NCBI GenBank assembly: GCA_963695095.1
Contig: CAVOFT010000001.1
Location: forward strand, 2,944,001-3,008,000
Direction: 5' to 3'
Origin: an uncultured bacterium
GTDB lineage: Bacteria > Krumholzibacteriota > Krumholzibacteriia > JACNKJ01
DNA length: 64,000 nucleotides
Shown: in pieces, positions 1-17,070 of the stretch
How the letters are laid out: every line of letters starts with the position of its first letter
Numbering within the stretch: position 1 is the stretch's first letter
Notes under the pieces: generated by a model
Seen by the model: the letters and a program-made list of their open reading frames with translations, nothing else
Told to the model about the DNA's origin: nothing
Databases searched by the model: none
Position numbers and translations under genes: made by a program

Positions 1-58
1 TCACGAAGAGGACGAGCAGGCGGTTGGTGGCGGAGAACGCGATGATGCGCCGGATCAT
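1..58 (-). CDS. cusA: CusA/CzcA-family RND efflux permease, N-terminal fragment (runs off the window)
   Basis: Reads MIRRIIAFSATNRLLVLFV, typical of a CusA N-terminus; ATGA overlap with the upstream adaptor stop at 55-57. Confidence 0.75.
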   Translation of the reverse strand, partial: MIRRIIAFSATNRLLVLFV

Positions 59-1428
59 GGCTGGCTCCCGTCGCCCATCTCCATGCCCGGCATGGAGCTC
101 GTCGTCGCGCCGCCGGCGGCGTTGATGGCGCTGCGCAGCCGCGACTCGGAGTCGAGCAGGAAGTTGGCGCGCACCACCACCTGCTCACCGGCGGCGACGC
201 CGGCGCGCACCTGGACCTGCCCATCGGTGCGCACGCCGAGCGTCGACCTCACGCGGCTCGAAGACGCCGGCGCTGGTCGCCACGAAGACGACCTGCCGCG
301 AGACCCGAGTCGAGCACGGCATCGTCCGGGATGAGCACGCCCTCGGCGGACTCGAGGCCCAGCTCGACGTTGGCGTACATGCCGGGTTTCAGGGCGAAGT
401 CGGCATTGGCCATCTCCACGCGCACCCGGATCGTGCGGGTGGCGGCATCGAGAGTCGGGTAGATGTAGCTCACGCCTGCCCGTGTTCCTGAACGCGGGGT
501 CGTAGGGCAGGATGACGTCCACGGCCTGCCCCAGGCGCACGAGCGGCGCTTCTTGCTCGTAGATCTCGGCGTCGATCCAGACCCTGGCCAGGTCGGAGAT
601 CGTGAACAGCGTCATGCCCGGCTCGACGCGGCTGCCCGCGAACACTCCCTTGGTGGTCACGAAGCCACTCGCGGGAGCATCGAGGGTGACAATGCGCTGC
701 GCCTCGCCGCCTGCGTCCAAGCGATCCAGGAGCGTCGGCGGGACGGCGAAGGACAGCAGCCGCTCGCGGGCGGAGGCCAGGAGATCATCGGCCCCTTGCC
801 GCACCTCGGGCAGGCTCGACTCCGTGAATCGAGCGGCGGCCCTCCGCGCGCGCAGGTACTCCTCCTGGCTTGCCACCAGCTCCGGCGAGTAGAGGCCGAG
901 GAGCGGATCGCCCTTGCGCACGAGCTGACCGGTGAAGTCCACGAAGAGGCTCTCGACCCAGCCGGAGACGCGCGTATGGACTTCGTGGGTGCGGGTCTCG
1001 TCAGCGACCACGAGGCCCACCGCCCGCACGCTCCGCGAGAGGCGACCCTGGATGGCGACTGTCGTGCGCACGCCGGCGAGGGCCACCTCTTCGGCACTGA
1101 CGCGCACCGTGCTGTAGCCGGGAACGGCCGCTGCCTGCGCGCCCCCCGGTCCTGCCGCGCCATGCCCACCAGAATGGGCCATCGCCGCGGCGTCTTCACC
1201 GTGCGCCATGGTCGCGCCCGATGAGTCCGGTTCGGCCTTGGGGATCGGCACGAGATCCATGCCGCAGATCGGGCAGTCGCCGGGGCGATCCGCCACGTAG
1301 GTGGGATGCATCGGGCAGTGATACTGCTGCGTGGAGTCCTGATCGCCATTGCCGCAAGAGACCAGCCAAAGCAAGGACAGGGTCAGGACCAGAACAGCGA
1401 TCCACCGAGAGTAGTGGCTGCGGCTCAT
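55..1428 (-). CDS. cusB: CusB-type RND periplasmic adaptor with heavy-metal-binding domain; apparent indel frameshifts at ~250-475
   Basis: Lipoprotein-like signal (LVSC), YHCPMHP...CPICGMDL motif, adaptor core; IYPTLDAATRTIRVR segment lies in another frame (249-473); start overlaps TolC stop (ATGA). Confidence 0.85.
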   Translation of the reverse strand: MSRSHYSRWIAVLVLTLSLLWLVSCGNGDQDSTQQYHCPMHPTYVADRPGDCPICGMDLVPIPKAEPDSSGATMAHGEDAAAMAHSGGHGAAGPGGAQAAAVPGYSTVRVSAEEVALAGVRTTVAIQGRLSRSVRAVGLVVADETRTHEVHTRVSGWVESLFVDFTGQLVRKGDPLLGLYSPELVASQEEYLRARRAAARFTESSLPEVRQGADDLLASARERLLSFAVPPTLLDRLDAGGEAQRIVTLDAPASGFVTTKGVFAGSRVEPGMTLFTISDLARVWIDAEIYEQEAPLVRLGQAVDVILPYDPAFRNTGRRELHLPDSRCRHPHDPGARGDGQCRLRPETRHVRQRRAGPRVRRGRAHPGRCRARLGSRGRSSSWRPAPASSSRVRSTLGVRTDGQVQVRAGVAAGEQVVVRANFLLDSESRLRSAINAAGGATTSSMPGMEMGDGSQP

Positions 1429-2729
1429 TTCAGATCTCCTTCCGTCCCACTTTCGGGGGCGGGAGCGGTGAGTGCATCGAGGCGGGCGAGCGCGATGAAC
1501 CGATCGGCCACGCGCCGGGCGAGCCCGGCGCGGGCCTCGAGCCACAGATTCAAGTCCTCGATCACGGTGGAAAAGTCGCCGCGCCCGCCCAGGTAGGCAC
1601 TTCGCGCAGCGTCGAAGGCAAAGCCCGTCTGCGGAACAAACGATTCCTCGTAACGAACGATCTGCTCCTCGCTGCGCTCGTAGTCCGCGCGCAAGCTAGC
1701 CGCCTGCGCACGCGCGGCGGCCTCAGCGTCACGCAGTTCGTGTTGCGACATCGCAAGCTCGGCACGGGCGGCGCGGATCAGGGGCTTCTGCTTGCTGCCT
1801 GCCCAGAGCGGAATCTCCATACCCAGGCGCAGGTTCACCACTGGGTCCAGTTCGCCGCGGAAGCCAAGACCGGCGCCGACCATGAAATCGGGACGCAGGT
1901 CCAGCTTCGCTGCGCGAAGCTGCTGGGCGGCTGCTGAGACCCCCGCGCTGCGGACGGCGACATCGCCGGAGCCGGCGACGGCGAGGCTGTCCCAGGCCGC
2001 CGCGGGCGCCGCGGGGCGGGGAAGCGAGGTCACGAGTCCGAGCGGGGCCTCGGCGGGCAGGTCGAGAGTCCGGTTCAGCGCCGCCACCGCCATCGCCCGT
2101 TCCGCGCTGAGATCCCGCGCGCGCTCCTCGATGCGCGAAAGCGCCAGTCGGGTCTTGAACACCGCCTCCAGATCCGACTCGGCCACGCTCTGGCGCCCGC
2201 TGATCGTCGCCGACAGAAGCGCCAGCAGCTCGCGGCCGCCGTCCAGCGCGGCTGCTTCATGGTCCATCGCGTAGACCCGCGCGTAAAGCTCCCGCACCTG
2301 GCGCGCTACCTCCCGTCGCACCACTTCGAGCTCGCGCTCGCTCACCGAGGCCGCCTCGCGGGCAGCGGCGCGCCGAGCGCTGCGCTTGCCGGGGAAGGGA
2401 ATGCCTTGCGCAAGCTGGGGCCCGATCATCGACATCGGCATGTCCCCCACCGTCCACTCGGGGAAGTTCTCATCCTGGAGCATGAGTTCGAGGATGGGGT
2501 CGGGCAGCGCGCCGGCAGCGGATACCCGCTGCTCAGCGGCCTCCGCGCGGGCCGCCATTGCGGCGATCGCCGGCGCCCGCTGCATCGCCGCCGCCACCAA
2601 GCGCTCCACCGGCGGAGCGACGCCCGCTGTATCGAGCGCGGCGGGAGTGTCCGCAGTCGCGCGCAGCGCGGGCCCGCCGGTCGCCGCGAAGGCGCAGAGC
2701 AACAGCCATTGCCATCTGGGGAATCTCAT
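1425..2729 (-). CDS. TolC/CusC-family outer membrane efflux protein
   Basis: Signal peptide, ALPDP and QGIPFPGKR motifs, helical repeats; first gene of the efflux operon. Confidence 0.85.
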   Translation of the reverse strand: MRFPRWQWLLLCAFAATGGPALRATADTPAALDTAGVAPPVERLVAAAMQRAPAIAAMAARAEAAEQRVSAAGALPDPILELMLQDENFPEWTVGDMPMSMIGPQLAQGIPFPGKRSARRAAAREAASVSERELEVVRREVARQVRELYARVYAMDHEAAALDGGRELLALLSATISGRQSVAESDLEAVFKTRLALSRIEERARDLSAERAMAVAALNRTLDLPAEAPLGLVTSLPRPAAPAAAWDSLAVAGSGDVAVRSAGVSAAAQQLRAAKLDLRPDFMVGAGLGFRGELDPVVNLRLGMEIPLWAGSKQKPLIRAARAELAMSQHELRDAEAAARAQAASLRADYERSEEQIVRYEESFVPQTGFAFDAARSAYLGGRGDFSTVIEDLNLWLEARAGLARRVADRFIALARLDALTAPAPESGTEGDLK

Positions 2730-2800
2730 CGGGGCTCCTCACGACCGAATCTCACACGAGGCGCGGCCCCCAGCGGCGGGGGCACTGCTCTGAAGAGAGC

Positions 2801-2815
2801 GCAATGGCCGTGCCG
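2801..2815 (-). promoter_or_regulatory. Sigma-54 (-24/-12) promoter of the efflux operon
   Basis: Minus strand CGGCACGGCCATTGC = GG-N10-GC, close to TGGCACG-N4-TTGC; ~70 nt upstream of the TolC start and next to a sigma-54 activator gene. Confidence 0.75.
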
Positions 2816-2962
2816 AGCCCGCTGCCGGGTGTCGGCGTTGAGAGCAGAGGAGTTAGGGGGGCGCGCGGCGCCGCACGCGAGCCGCGAGGAAAAGAGCTTT
2901 CAAGGCCGCGGGCAAGGGGCTTTCAAGCGAGGCCGCAGCGCGAGCCTCGCCCGGCGCGGAGC

Positions 2963-4314
<1,352 letters not shown>

Positions 4315-4318
<4 letters not shown>

Positions 4319-6120
4319 GGGCGCAGCTCCGGTTCGCGGGGGATCAGCAAGCTCAAGCGGCTCCCGGCGCCCTCTTCGCTCTCCACCGCGACGCGACCGC
4401 CGTGCAACTCGGCGCACTTCTGCACCGTGCTCATGCCGAGCCCCACGCCCCCCTCCCGCGTCGTGAAGAAGGGATCGAAGAGCCGCGCGCGCAGGGCGGG
4501 CCCCATGCCGCGGCCTTCGTCGCTCACGGTCAGGCGCAGCCACGCTCCTTCACCAACAGCTTCGAGCGCGATCATCGCGCCCATTGTTGAGGCCTGGGAA
4601 GCGTTGTCCAGCAGGTTGACGAGAGCGCGGCGAAGCATCTCAGGGTCGCCGTGGAAGTACAAGTCCGGATCGGGCGGGCTGAGCGCAAGGCGCTGGCCGC
4701 GCGCCTCGCGCTCGGCGGCGCTGAGCCCGCCGGCCTCGCGCAGCAGATCGCCGGCCAGGAGCGGGGCAAGATGCACGACGACTGGGCGGCTATAATCGAG
4801 CAGTTCGCCCAGCATGCGCTCCAGGCGCTCGCCCTGCTCGCGGGCGATCTGCAGCTGCTCGCGCTCCACCGCGCTGAGCGCGGCGCGGCGGGCGAGACTG
4901 GAGAGGTTCATCTTCATCGCCGCGAGTGGATTCCTCATCTCGTGGACGAGGCCGGCGGCCACGCGGCCGAGTTCGGCCTGCTGCTCGGCGCGAGCCAGCT
5001 CGCGGCCGCTGCGGGCGAGGGCCTCGCGGCCGCGGGCAAGCGCGGCGACCATCTCGCCGAAGCGCTCGCCGAGGCGGCCGATCTCGCCAGGCCCACGCAG
5101 CAGTTCAGGCATCGCAAGATCGCCGCCCGCCACGCGCTCGCTGGCCAGGGCGAGGTCGACCAAGGGCCGCGAGAGCCGCCGGGAGAGCGTGACGGCGAGG
5201 GCGAGGGCGATGAGCACGGCGGCCAGGCCGAGCAGGGCGATCTGCCGCGCGAGGCGGCCCAGCGGCGCGAAGGCCTCGGCGGTGCCGATCTCGGCGAGCA
5301 GGGCCCACTGCTGGCGGGGCAGCCATTCCCAGGCGCCCAGCACCTCGTCGCCGAGCACGCCGCGGTAGACGCTGCTGCCGCTGGCGCCCGCGAGGGCAGC
5401 GTGCACGCCGGCCGTGGGCATCTTGTGCGTGAGGGCGGGCGGATGGTGCATGTTGCGCGACGGCGTGAGCATCGTGGTGTCGGCGCCGACGAGGTAGGTC
5501 TCGCCCGTGGCGCCCAGGCCGGTCGTGTCGGCGAGGATGGGCTGGATCGTGCTGCCCGGGCGCATCACGGCGAGGAGCACCCCGCGCAGCTCGCCCGCCA
5601 CGCTGATCGGCTGGGCGAGGTGCATCACCGGATCGCCGTCGGGGTCGAGCGCGACGCCGCCCAGCACGGGGCCGCCGGACTCGAGCGCGAGGCCCAGCTC
5701 GGGCAGCGTGGGCGGCAGGCGGTGCTCGGGCGCCGGCGCGCCGGCTTCGGCGAGGATCTCGCCATCGAGACCGACGAGCAGGCAGCGGCGATAGGCGCTC
5801 TGGCGGCCGAGCAGCAGGGCGAGCTGCGCGTCGAGTGCCGCGCGATCGGGCGCGGGCCGCGCCAGCTCCTTTTCGATCAGGGTGTCCAGCAGGGCCATGT
5901 CCCCGAGGCGCTCCTCGAACCAGCTCTCCAGGCGCGCACGGCGCTCGCGGGCGACGCCGCGCATGTGGCTCATCGCCTCGGCCTCGATGGCCTGGCGGGC
6001 GCGAGCGTAGGCGAGGGCGCCCACGGCGGCGGCGGTGAGCAGGCTGAGCAGGGCGAGCGAGAGGAAGAGCCGCCAGCCGAAGGCGCCGAGGAAGGGCGTG
6101 TCCCGGCGGGCGGCGCCCAC
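4315..6120 (-). CDS. Sensor histidine kinase (Cache-like periplasmic domain, HAMP, HisKA, HATPase)
   Basis: Two TM segments, H-box HEMRNPL, NLLDNA, DEGRG, FFTT, GVGLG. Confidence 0.93.
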
Positions 6121-6123
6121 GCG

Positions 6124-6539
6124 CTAGGCCTCCGCCCCGAGGGCGGCGAGCACGCGGGCGAGCCGCTCGTTCACCTGGGCCGCGATGGGCGCGAGCTTGG
6201 GATTGTCGATCATCCCCATCAGGCTGGCGATGTCCAGCACGCCCACGCGCGTCTTGCCGCCGGCGACCTCGCGCAGGGTGACGTTGCAGGGCAGCAGCAG
6301 GCCGATGTCGGGCTCGGCCTCGATGGCGCCGTGGGCCAGCGGCGGATTGCAGGCGCCGAGGATGAGCTGGGCGGGCACTTCCAGGGCCGAGCTTCGCGCG
6401 CAGGGTGGCCTGCACGTCGATCTCGGTGAGGATGCCGAAGCCCTCGGCCTTGAGCAGGGCCTCGGCGCTTCGGCCGCCACTGGGCCACGCTGCCGGGGAG
6501 GTCGAGATAGAGCCCGTAGGCGTTGCGGCTGGCTTGCAT
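6124..6539 (-). CDS. DUF302 domain protein (frameshifted in this sequence)
   Basis: GFGILTEIDVQATL, ILGACNP and IGLLLPCNV motifs spread over different frames. Confidence 0.8.
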
Positions 6540-6595
6540 TGGCTTCTCCTTCGCTGGCGCCGCCGGCGCTAGTCCTCGCAGTCGAGGCGCTTGCA

Positions 6596-6874
6596 TCAGC
6601 CGTCCCAGAGGCGCTCGTAGTCGATAAGGCGCTTGTCGATCCAGGCCTCGGCCACCGCTCGCTCGGGCCAGGCCCGCAGGAGCGCTTCACCCCGCTCGCC
6701 GGCTTCCAGAGCGACGAAGCGCTCGCCGCAGGCGAACAGACGCAGCACTTCGCCGCCGAAGACCGGCTCCTCGCGAAGGATCGGGCAGGCCTCGCGCAGC
6801 GCGGCGGCCTCGGCGGTGCTCACGGCGCGGGGCTTGGGGGTGAGGGTGGCGAGCAGGGTCTCGAGCGCGTCCAT
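6596..6874 (-). CDS. Hypothetical protein (92 aa)
   Basis: Plausible ORF co-oriented with neighbours; no recognised domain. Confidence 0.55.
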   Translation of the reverse strand: MDALETLLATLTPKPRAVSTAEAAALREACPILREEPVFGGEVLRLFACGERFVALEAGERGEALLRAWPERAVAEAWIDKRLIDYERLWDG

Positions 6875-6902
6875 GCTTGCAGCCTAGCGAAATGCCGGTG
6901 GA

Positions 6903-6949
6903 TTGTACACGTGTACAAATGAGCGGGACTTGCCACGTGGCAAGTCCCG
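6903..6949. repeat. Pair of perfect palindromes with CACGTG cores
   Basis: TTGTACACGTGTACAA (6903-6918) and CGGGACTTGCCACGTGGCAAGTCCCG (6924-6949). Confidence 0.9.
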
Positions 6950-6992
6950 GGGGAGGTGCAAGCAGGGGAACGTGAGGCGCTGAGTCGCCGGC

Positions 6993-9900
6993 TCAGCGCA
7001 GGAGGATCAGGCGTTTGCTCTCCGTGTGCCCCAGCGCGGCAAAGCGAATGAAGTAAACGCCACTGGCCTGCGGGTTCCCGGCGGCGTCGCGGCCGTCCCA
7101 GGTGAGAGCCTGCTCGCCGGCGGCAAAGGGGCCGTCGGCGAGGGTGGCAATGCGGCGGCCGGCGAGGTCGAAGATCTCCAGGCGCATGCGCCCCGGCACG
7201 GCGAGCGTGAAGGGCAGCGTGACGGCCGGGTTGAAGGGGTTCGGATGCGGGGCCAAGAGGCGCGTGGCGAAGGCCGGCGGCAGCGTGACCGCGAGCGTGC
7301 GCAGAAGCTGCCAGTCCTCGCCGGGCAGGCGGCCTTCGAGGCGGTAGCTCAGCTCGCCCCCGGGGGCGAGCTGGGGATTCTCGTCGTGGGCGCTGAAGCG
7401 GCCGGAGCCGGCGGCCTGCCAGGCGACGTCCCAGCTCGCCGCGCCGCGTGTGCCGGTGAGGCGGAAGTCGGCGAGGGCGTCGGCTTCCCAGGCAAGATCC
7501 ACGGCGCCGGCGGTCGGCGTCGCCGTGAAGCTGGCGAGGGCGACGGGGGTCACATCGCAACCCTGTCCGAGAGCCCCGATCAGCACGCTACAGTCATTGT
7601 TCTCCGGAAGGCAGGGGGAGTCGGACTGGAGTTGGTAGTTGCCACCGTAGGTGCCATTGCCCAACGCGCCACAGAACTGGGGATCAACGGAGATGTTGCC
7701 ATCCTGGCCAAGGAACGGCGCCAGGGTTCCCTCCCAGTCCCCCACCTGGCTGCCAACGAAGTTGCAGCAAGTGATGCCGAGCAGATGGGCAGGGTAGTCC
7801 GTGTAGGCGCCGGGGTGGTTCAGAGAGCGAGCAATCAGGGTGTTCTCAAGGCTGATCGGCGCGTTGATGTCGATGGCGGCGCCACCGTCGAAGCTGCAAC
7901 CATTGGCGACGAAGGTACAGCCCGCCACCTCCGTGTAGCCTCCGTACGAGATGTAGAGCCCACCACCATACCAGGAGGCCCAGTTGTCAGCGATGATGCA
8001 GTTATGCAGTATCAACTGGTTGTTTGAGCTGTGGATGGCAGCACCATTCCGGGCGGCACGATTGCCGAGGAAAGTGCAGCGCTCGAACCGCACAGTGCTG
8101 CCGTTGATGTACGCAGTACCGTTCTCGGAACTTATGCATAGCTCAAAGCGGCAGTCCTCTAGCGTGACGGTCGAGTTGGTGCAGTACAGCCCACCGCCGC
8201 TGCCGCGGCCGTTGCGCACCGTCAAACCGGCGACGTAGCAGCCGGCGGGCAGCCCGCTCGCGCGGAGCCCGCTGGAGACACCGTCGCAATCGAGAATGAC
8301 CGTTTGCGGTGCGCTCGGCACGCCGATCAGGGCGACCCCAGCGCGCAGAACACAGCCACCGCTCGGTGGCATGTACGTCCCCGGCGCAATGAAGACCGTG
8401 TCGCCGATGTCGGCGTGGCTGAGTCCCTCTTGGATGCTCGGGTAGTCCGCAGGGATGAAGACGTTTGGATTGGAGATGGTGAAGGTACCCGACGTGTCGG
8501 CTGGTTCGCCATCGCCTGCATCGCAGATTCTCAGAAGGCACGTGTCGGAATACGGACCAATTGCTGGCCAGAGCTGGCCATGCTGAGCCGCAGGGAGGCT
8601 GGGATAGAGAACCTCCCATGGCCCAGAGGCACCCTGGCGTGAGAGTTCGATGCGAACACTGGCTGGGCCTTCTGCTGTCGTCCAGCGAATCTCGAGATTG
8701 CTGCCTGCATCGACCTCTGTGCCCGCTAGGGGCTTCGTTAAGGCGATCTGCTCGCCGGGGCGATGACCCGTTGCTCTCGCGGAGCGCCCAGGTCCCTCAG
8801 CATGCTCCGCGCGCACCTGGTACTCGTGATCACCCGGGCTGCAATCGGCATCGAGGTGGCCAGTCTGCCCCGGATCCGCCCCGGCCAGAATCAGTTCAGC
8901 ATCGCGAAAGATAGAGAAGCCGAGGTTGCCGCTGCCGCTCCACTCCCAGGCTAGCTGAATGCCCTCCCAGTTGTCCTCGCTTGCGGTCAGATTCGTTGGC
9001 ACGGCCTGCCCATGGCACGCCTGCTTGTGGGTCCCGATCAGCACGCCGTAGGGATTGTTCTCGGGCAAGCACCAGGACTCGGCGGCAACGTGGAAGTCAT
9101 CGCCTGCGGGATCGCAGAGCGCGGGATCGATAAAGATGACTCCCTCCTCGCCTTCCTGGAACAGATTGTCGTGGAAGACCGTCCGATCTACTCGCCGGGC
9201 GCCATGGAGCGGCAAGCTGTTGTGCACGAAGACACAACGACTGACCGTGACATGTTCAACGGAATGGACTGCGGCGGCTTGCTGCGATAGGTACCGCTGA
9301 TCATAGAACAAGCAATTCCTGAGTGTTGTCGGCACCTCCGTGTAGATCGCTTGGCCCAGGTGATCGCCCCAGTGGGCGTAGGCGAAGTTGTGGGCAAACA
9401 CGGAGTACTCGACGCGCAATGAACCCGATCCGTAGGCAGCAATTGACGCCCCACGGGTGATGCAATCCTCCCAGCCTTCCTGGTTTACGGAGTGGAGTCG
9501 ATTGCGCAGGAACCAGCACTCCCGCAGTGTCACATCTGCGTCGCTGCAATACAGCGCACCACCGCGGAACACGCCGCCCCAGTTGCTGTAGCCGTTGTTA
9601 TCGAGGCAGCGAACCCTCTCTAGCGTCAGAGCAGCGCCGGCAAGGTAGATCGCACCGCCATTCCATGACCCGCCTGGCAGCCAGCAATCGCGAATGATGA
9701 GATCGCACAGGCTGGGCGCGCTACCCTCGACCCGAATGGCACTGCCTGGACCGAGTGCCCCCCTCGCCACGGTGAAACCTCTGAAGACGCTGCTGACTGT
9801 CTCACCCGCGACGAACTCGATGCCGCGGCCGTTGTCGGCGCAGTCGATCACCGTCGCCTCAGCACCGGCCTCGGAGGTCAGTACCAGGTCTACGCCGTGG

Positions 9901-10079
9901 AAGCTGAGGTTGTGATTGCCAGTACCCGTGTAGGTCCCCGGCGCGACGAGCACGGTGTCGCCCTCGGCGCAGGCGTCGATGCCGGCCTGGATGGTGGCGT
10001 ACTCGCTGGGCACGCGGTGCGTGGCGGCATGGGCGGTGGGGGGAAGCAGGAGAACGAGGATCGCAAGAGCGGCGCGCAT
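6993..10079 (-). CDS. Secreted tandem beta-helix protein with FN3/Ig-like domains and C-terminal FlgD-Ig-like domain
   Basis: Signal peptide; two VPxxYxxIQ...GDTV modules, each ending in a DPxxC...C-LPENN Cys motif; C-terminal PNPFNP...WDGRD...SGVY. Confidence 0.88.
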   Translation of the reverse strand: MRAALAILVLLLPPTAHAATHRVPSEYATIQAGIDACAEGDTVLVAPGTYTGTGNHNLSFHGVDLVLTSEAGAEATVIDCADNGRGIEFVAGETVSSVFRGFTVARGALGPGSAIRVEGSAPSLCDLIIRDCWLPGGSWNGGAIYLAGAALTLERVRCLDNNGYSNWGGVFRGGALYCSDADVTLRECWFLRNRLHSVNQEGWEDCITRGASIAAYGSGSLRVEYSVFAHNFAYAHWGDHLGQAIYTEVPTTLRNCLFYDQRYLSQQAAAVHSVEHVTVSRCVFVHNSLPLHGARRVDRTVFHDNLFQEGEEGVIFIDPALCDPAGDDFHVAAESWCLPENNPYGVLIGTHKQACHGQAVPTNLTASEDNWEGIQLAWEWSGSGNLGFSIFRDAELILAGADPGQTGHLDADCSPGDHEYQVRAEHAEGPGRSARATGHRPGEQIALTKPLAGTEVDAGSNLEIRWTTAEGPASVRIELSRQGASGPWEVLYPSLPAAQHGQLWPAIGPYSDTCLLRICDAGDGEPADTSGTFTISNPNVFIPADYPSIQEGLSHADIGDTVFIAPGTYMPPSGGCVLRAGVALIGVPSAPQTVILDCDGVSSGLRASGLPAGCYVAGLTVRNGRGSGGGLYCTNSTVTLEDCRFELCISSENGTAYINGSTVRFERCTFLGNRAARNGAAIHSSNNQLILHNCIIADNWASWYGGGLYISYGGYTEVAGCTFVANGCSFDGGAAIDINAPISLENTLIARSLNHPGAYTDYPAHLLGITCCNFVGSQVGDWEGTLAPFLGQDGNISVDPQFCGALGNGTYGGNYQLQSDSPCLPENNDCSVLIGALGQGCDVTPVALASFTATPTAGAVDLAWEADALADFRLTGTRGAASWDVAWQAAGSGRFSAHDENPQLAPGGELSYRLEGRLPGEDWQLLRTLAVTLPPAFATRLLAPHPNPFNPAVTLPFTLAVPGRMRLEIFDLAGRRIATLADGPFAAGEQALTWDGRDAAGNPQASGVYFIRFAALGHTESKRLILLR

Positions 10080-10246
10080 GAGAACCTCACATCCCTCGGC
10101 GGACCGGCCCGCCGGTTGCCCGACGCTGACCCGCGCGGGGAGCGCGCGTCAGCGGCCTGGATTAGGTTCTTAGCAAGGACTCGCCGCCGGACTCCTCGGG
10201 CTCGGGAATGCCCAATTCTACCAGGGCGAAGCAGGGCGCAGCAAGG

Positions 10247-10336
10247 GGATTGTACACGTGTACAGCGCCGGTGTGCTGCGCAGAGCCCCAGCGAGAAGCC
10301 CCTCGCGCGAGCCGCGCCGCGTTGCCGCGTGGCAAC
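10247..10336. repeat. Second copy of the palindrome pair
   Basis: GGATTGTACACGTGTACA (10247-10264, identical to 6900-6917) and GTTGCCGCGTGGCAAC (10321-10336). Confidence 0.85.
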
Positions 10337-10710
10337 TCAGCCGGGCGGCTGCTGCCCCCGCTCGCGCTCGATGAGTCCGAGCATGTGCCCCTCGGGGTCG
10401 CGGAAGAAGGCCAACCGACCGACACCCGCCACCGCGAAAGGCCCCTGCAGGATCTCGCGCCCCAGCTCGCGGGCGCGGGCGCAGCTGGCCTCGATGTCCT
10501 CCACCTCCACGTAGAGGCAGCGGTGCGTGGGTAGCGCCCCCTTGCCCGTGAAGATCCCGCCGCCGATGTCGCCCGGCTTGCCGCTGCCCTTCTGCTCCCA
10601 GATCCCGCTGGCCGGGTCCTGCGGCAGCTTCCAGTCGAAGAGCGCGCGGTAGAAGGCGCTGAGCGCCTCGCCGTCGACGGCGTTGATCTCCCACCACACC
10701 ACCCGGTTCT

Positions 10711-10714
<4 letters not shown>
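10337..10714 (-). CDS. VOC/glyoxalase-family protein
   Basis: [10 protein letters not shown]...FYRALFDW...YVEVEDI...[12 protein letters not shown] overlap with metH stop. Confidence 0.88.
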
Positions 10715-16278
<5,564 letters not shown>

Positions 16279-16281
16279 GGC

Positions 16282-17070
16282 CTAGTTCCCCTTGGCCCCG
16301 CGTCCGAGACCGGCAACGACAAAGGTGTTGCCGGCGCTCCTGTCGCGGGTCACCTCGATCAGGCCCTGCGCCGCGGCGTCCTCGAGCAGGTCGCCGAAGG
16401 TGGAGAAGCCGGCGTTCTGCTCGTTGAAGGAGGGCTGCTTGCGCTTCATCGTGTCCTTGACCAGGGACGAGTAGAGCGTGCCGCGTCCCTCGCGCATGAG
16501 GGCCGTGACGGTGGACAGCAGCAGCTGGAAGGCCTTCTGCTTGGGCATGGGCAGCTTCTCGAGCGTACCTCTGGCCGCCTTGGGCGCGATGGCCTTGCCG
16601 AGATCCTCGACGAAGATGAACTCGTCGCAGGCGTCGACCAGCAGATCGCTGGCCGCCTCCCGGAGCGCCATGCCGACGATGATGCGTCGGTTCTCGCGCA
16701 GCTTGTTGACCAGCGGCGTGATGTCGCTGTCGCCCGAGATGATGACGAAGGTGTCGATGTGCTCCTTGGCGTAGCACAGCTCCATGGCGTCGACGACGAG
16801 GCGGATGTCGGCGCTGTTCTTGCCCGAGATGCGCGGCTTGGGAATCTCGATCAGCTCGATTCCCGCGCTGTGCAGGTCGTCCTTCTCCTTGGGGTAGCGC
16901 GACCAGTCGGCGTAGGCGCGCTTGACGACCACCTTGCCCTTTTCGAGCAGACGGTCGAGGACGGGCCTGATCTCGAAGCGGCTGCTGCGGCCGCGGGGGG
17001 CGCGGCCCAGGGCCACGTTGTCGAAGTCGATGAAGAGCGCGATCTGGCTCTCCTGGCGGGTACCGTTCAC
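16282..17070 (-). CDS. NYN (LabA/DUF88) domain protein with C-terminal OST-HTH/LOTUS domain
   Basis: IALFIDFDN, GKNSADIRLVVDA, ISGDSD, CDEFIF; GTG start after GGAGG. Confidence 0.9.
   Translation of the reverse strand: MNGTRQESQIALFIDFDNVALGRAPRGRSSRFEIRPVLDRLLEKGKVVVKRAYADWSRYPKEKDDLHSAGIELIEIPKPRISGKNSADIRLVVDAMELCYAKEHIDTFVIISGDSDITPLVNKLRENRRIIVGMALREAASDLLVDACDEFIFVEDLGKAIAPKAARGTLEKLPMPKQKAFQLLLSTVTALMREGRGTLYSSLVKDTMKRKQPSFNEQNAGFSTFGDLLEDAAAQGLIEVTRDRSAGNTFVVAGLGRGAKGN

Noticed and set aside
6903..6918. Canonical parS site
   Set aside because: Shares the CACGTG core and length, but the arms differ from TGTTTCAC/GTGAAACA and no parAB is in the window; kept only as parS-like.
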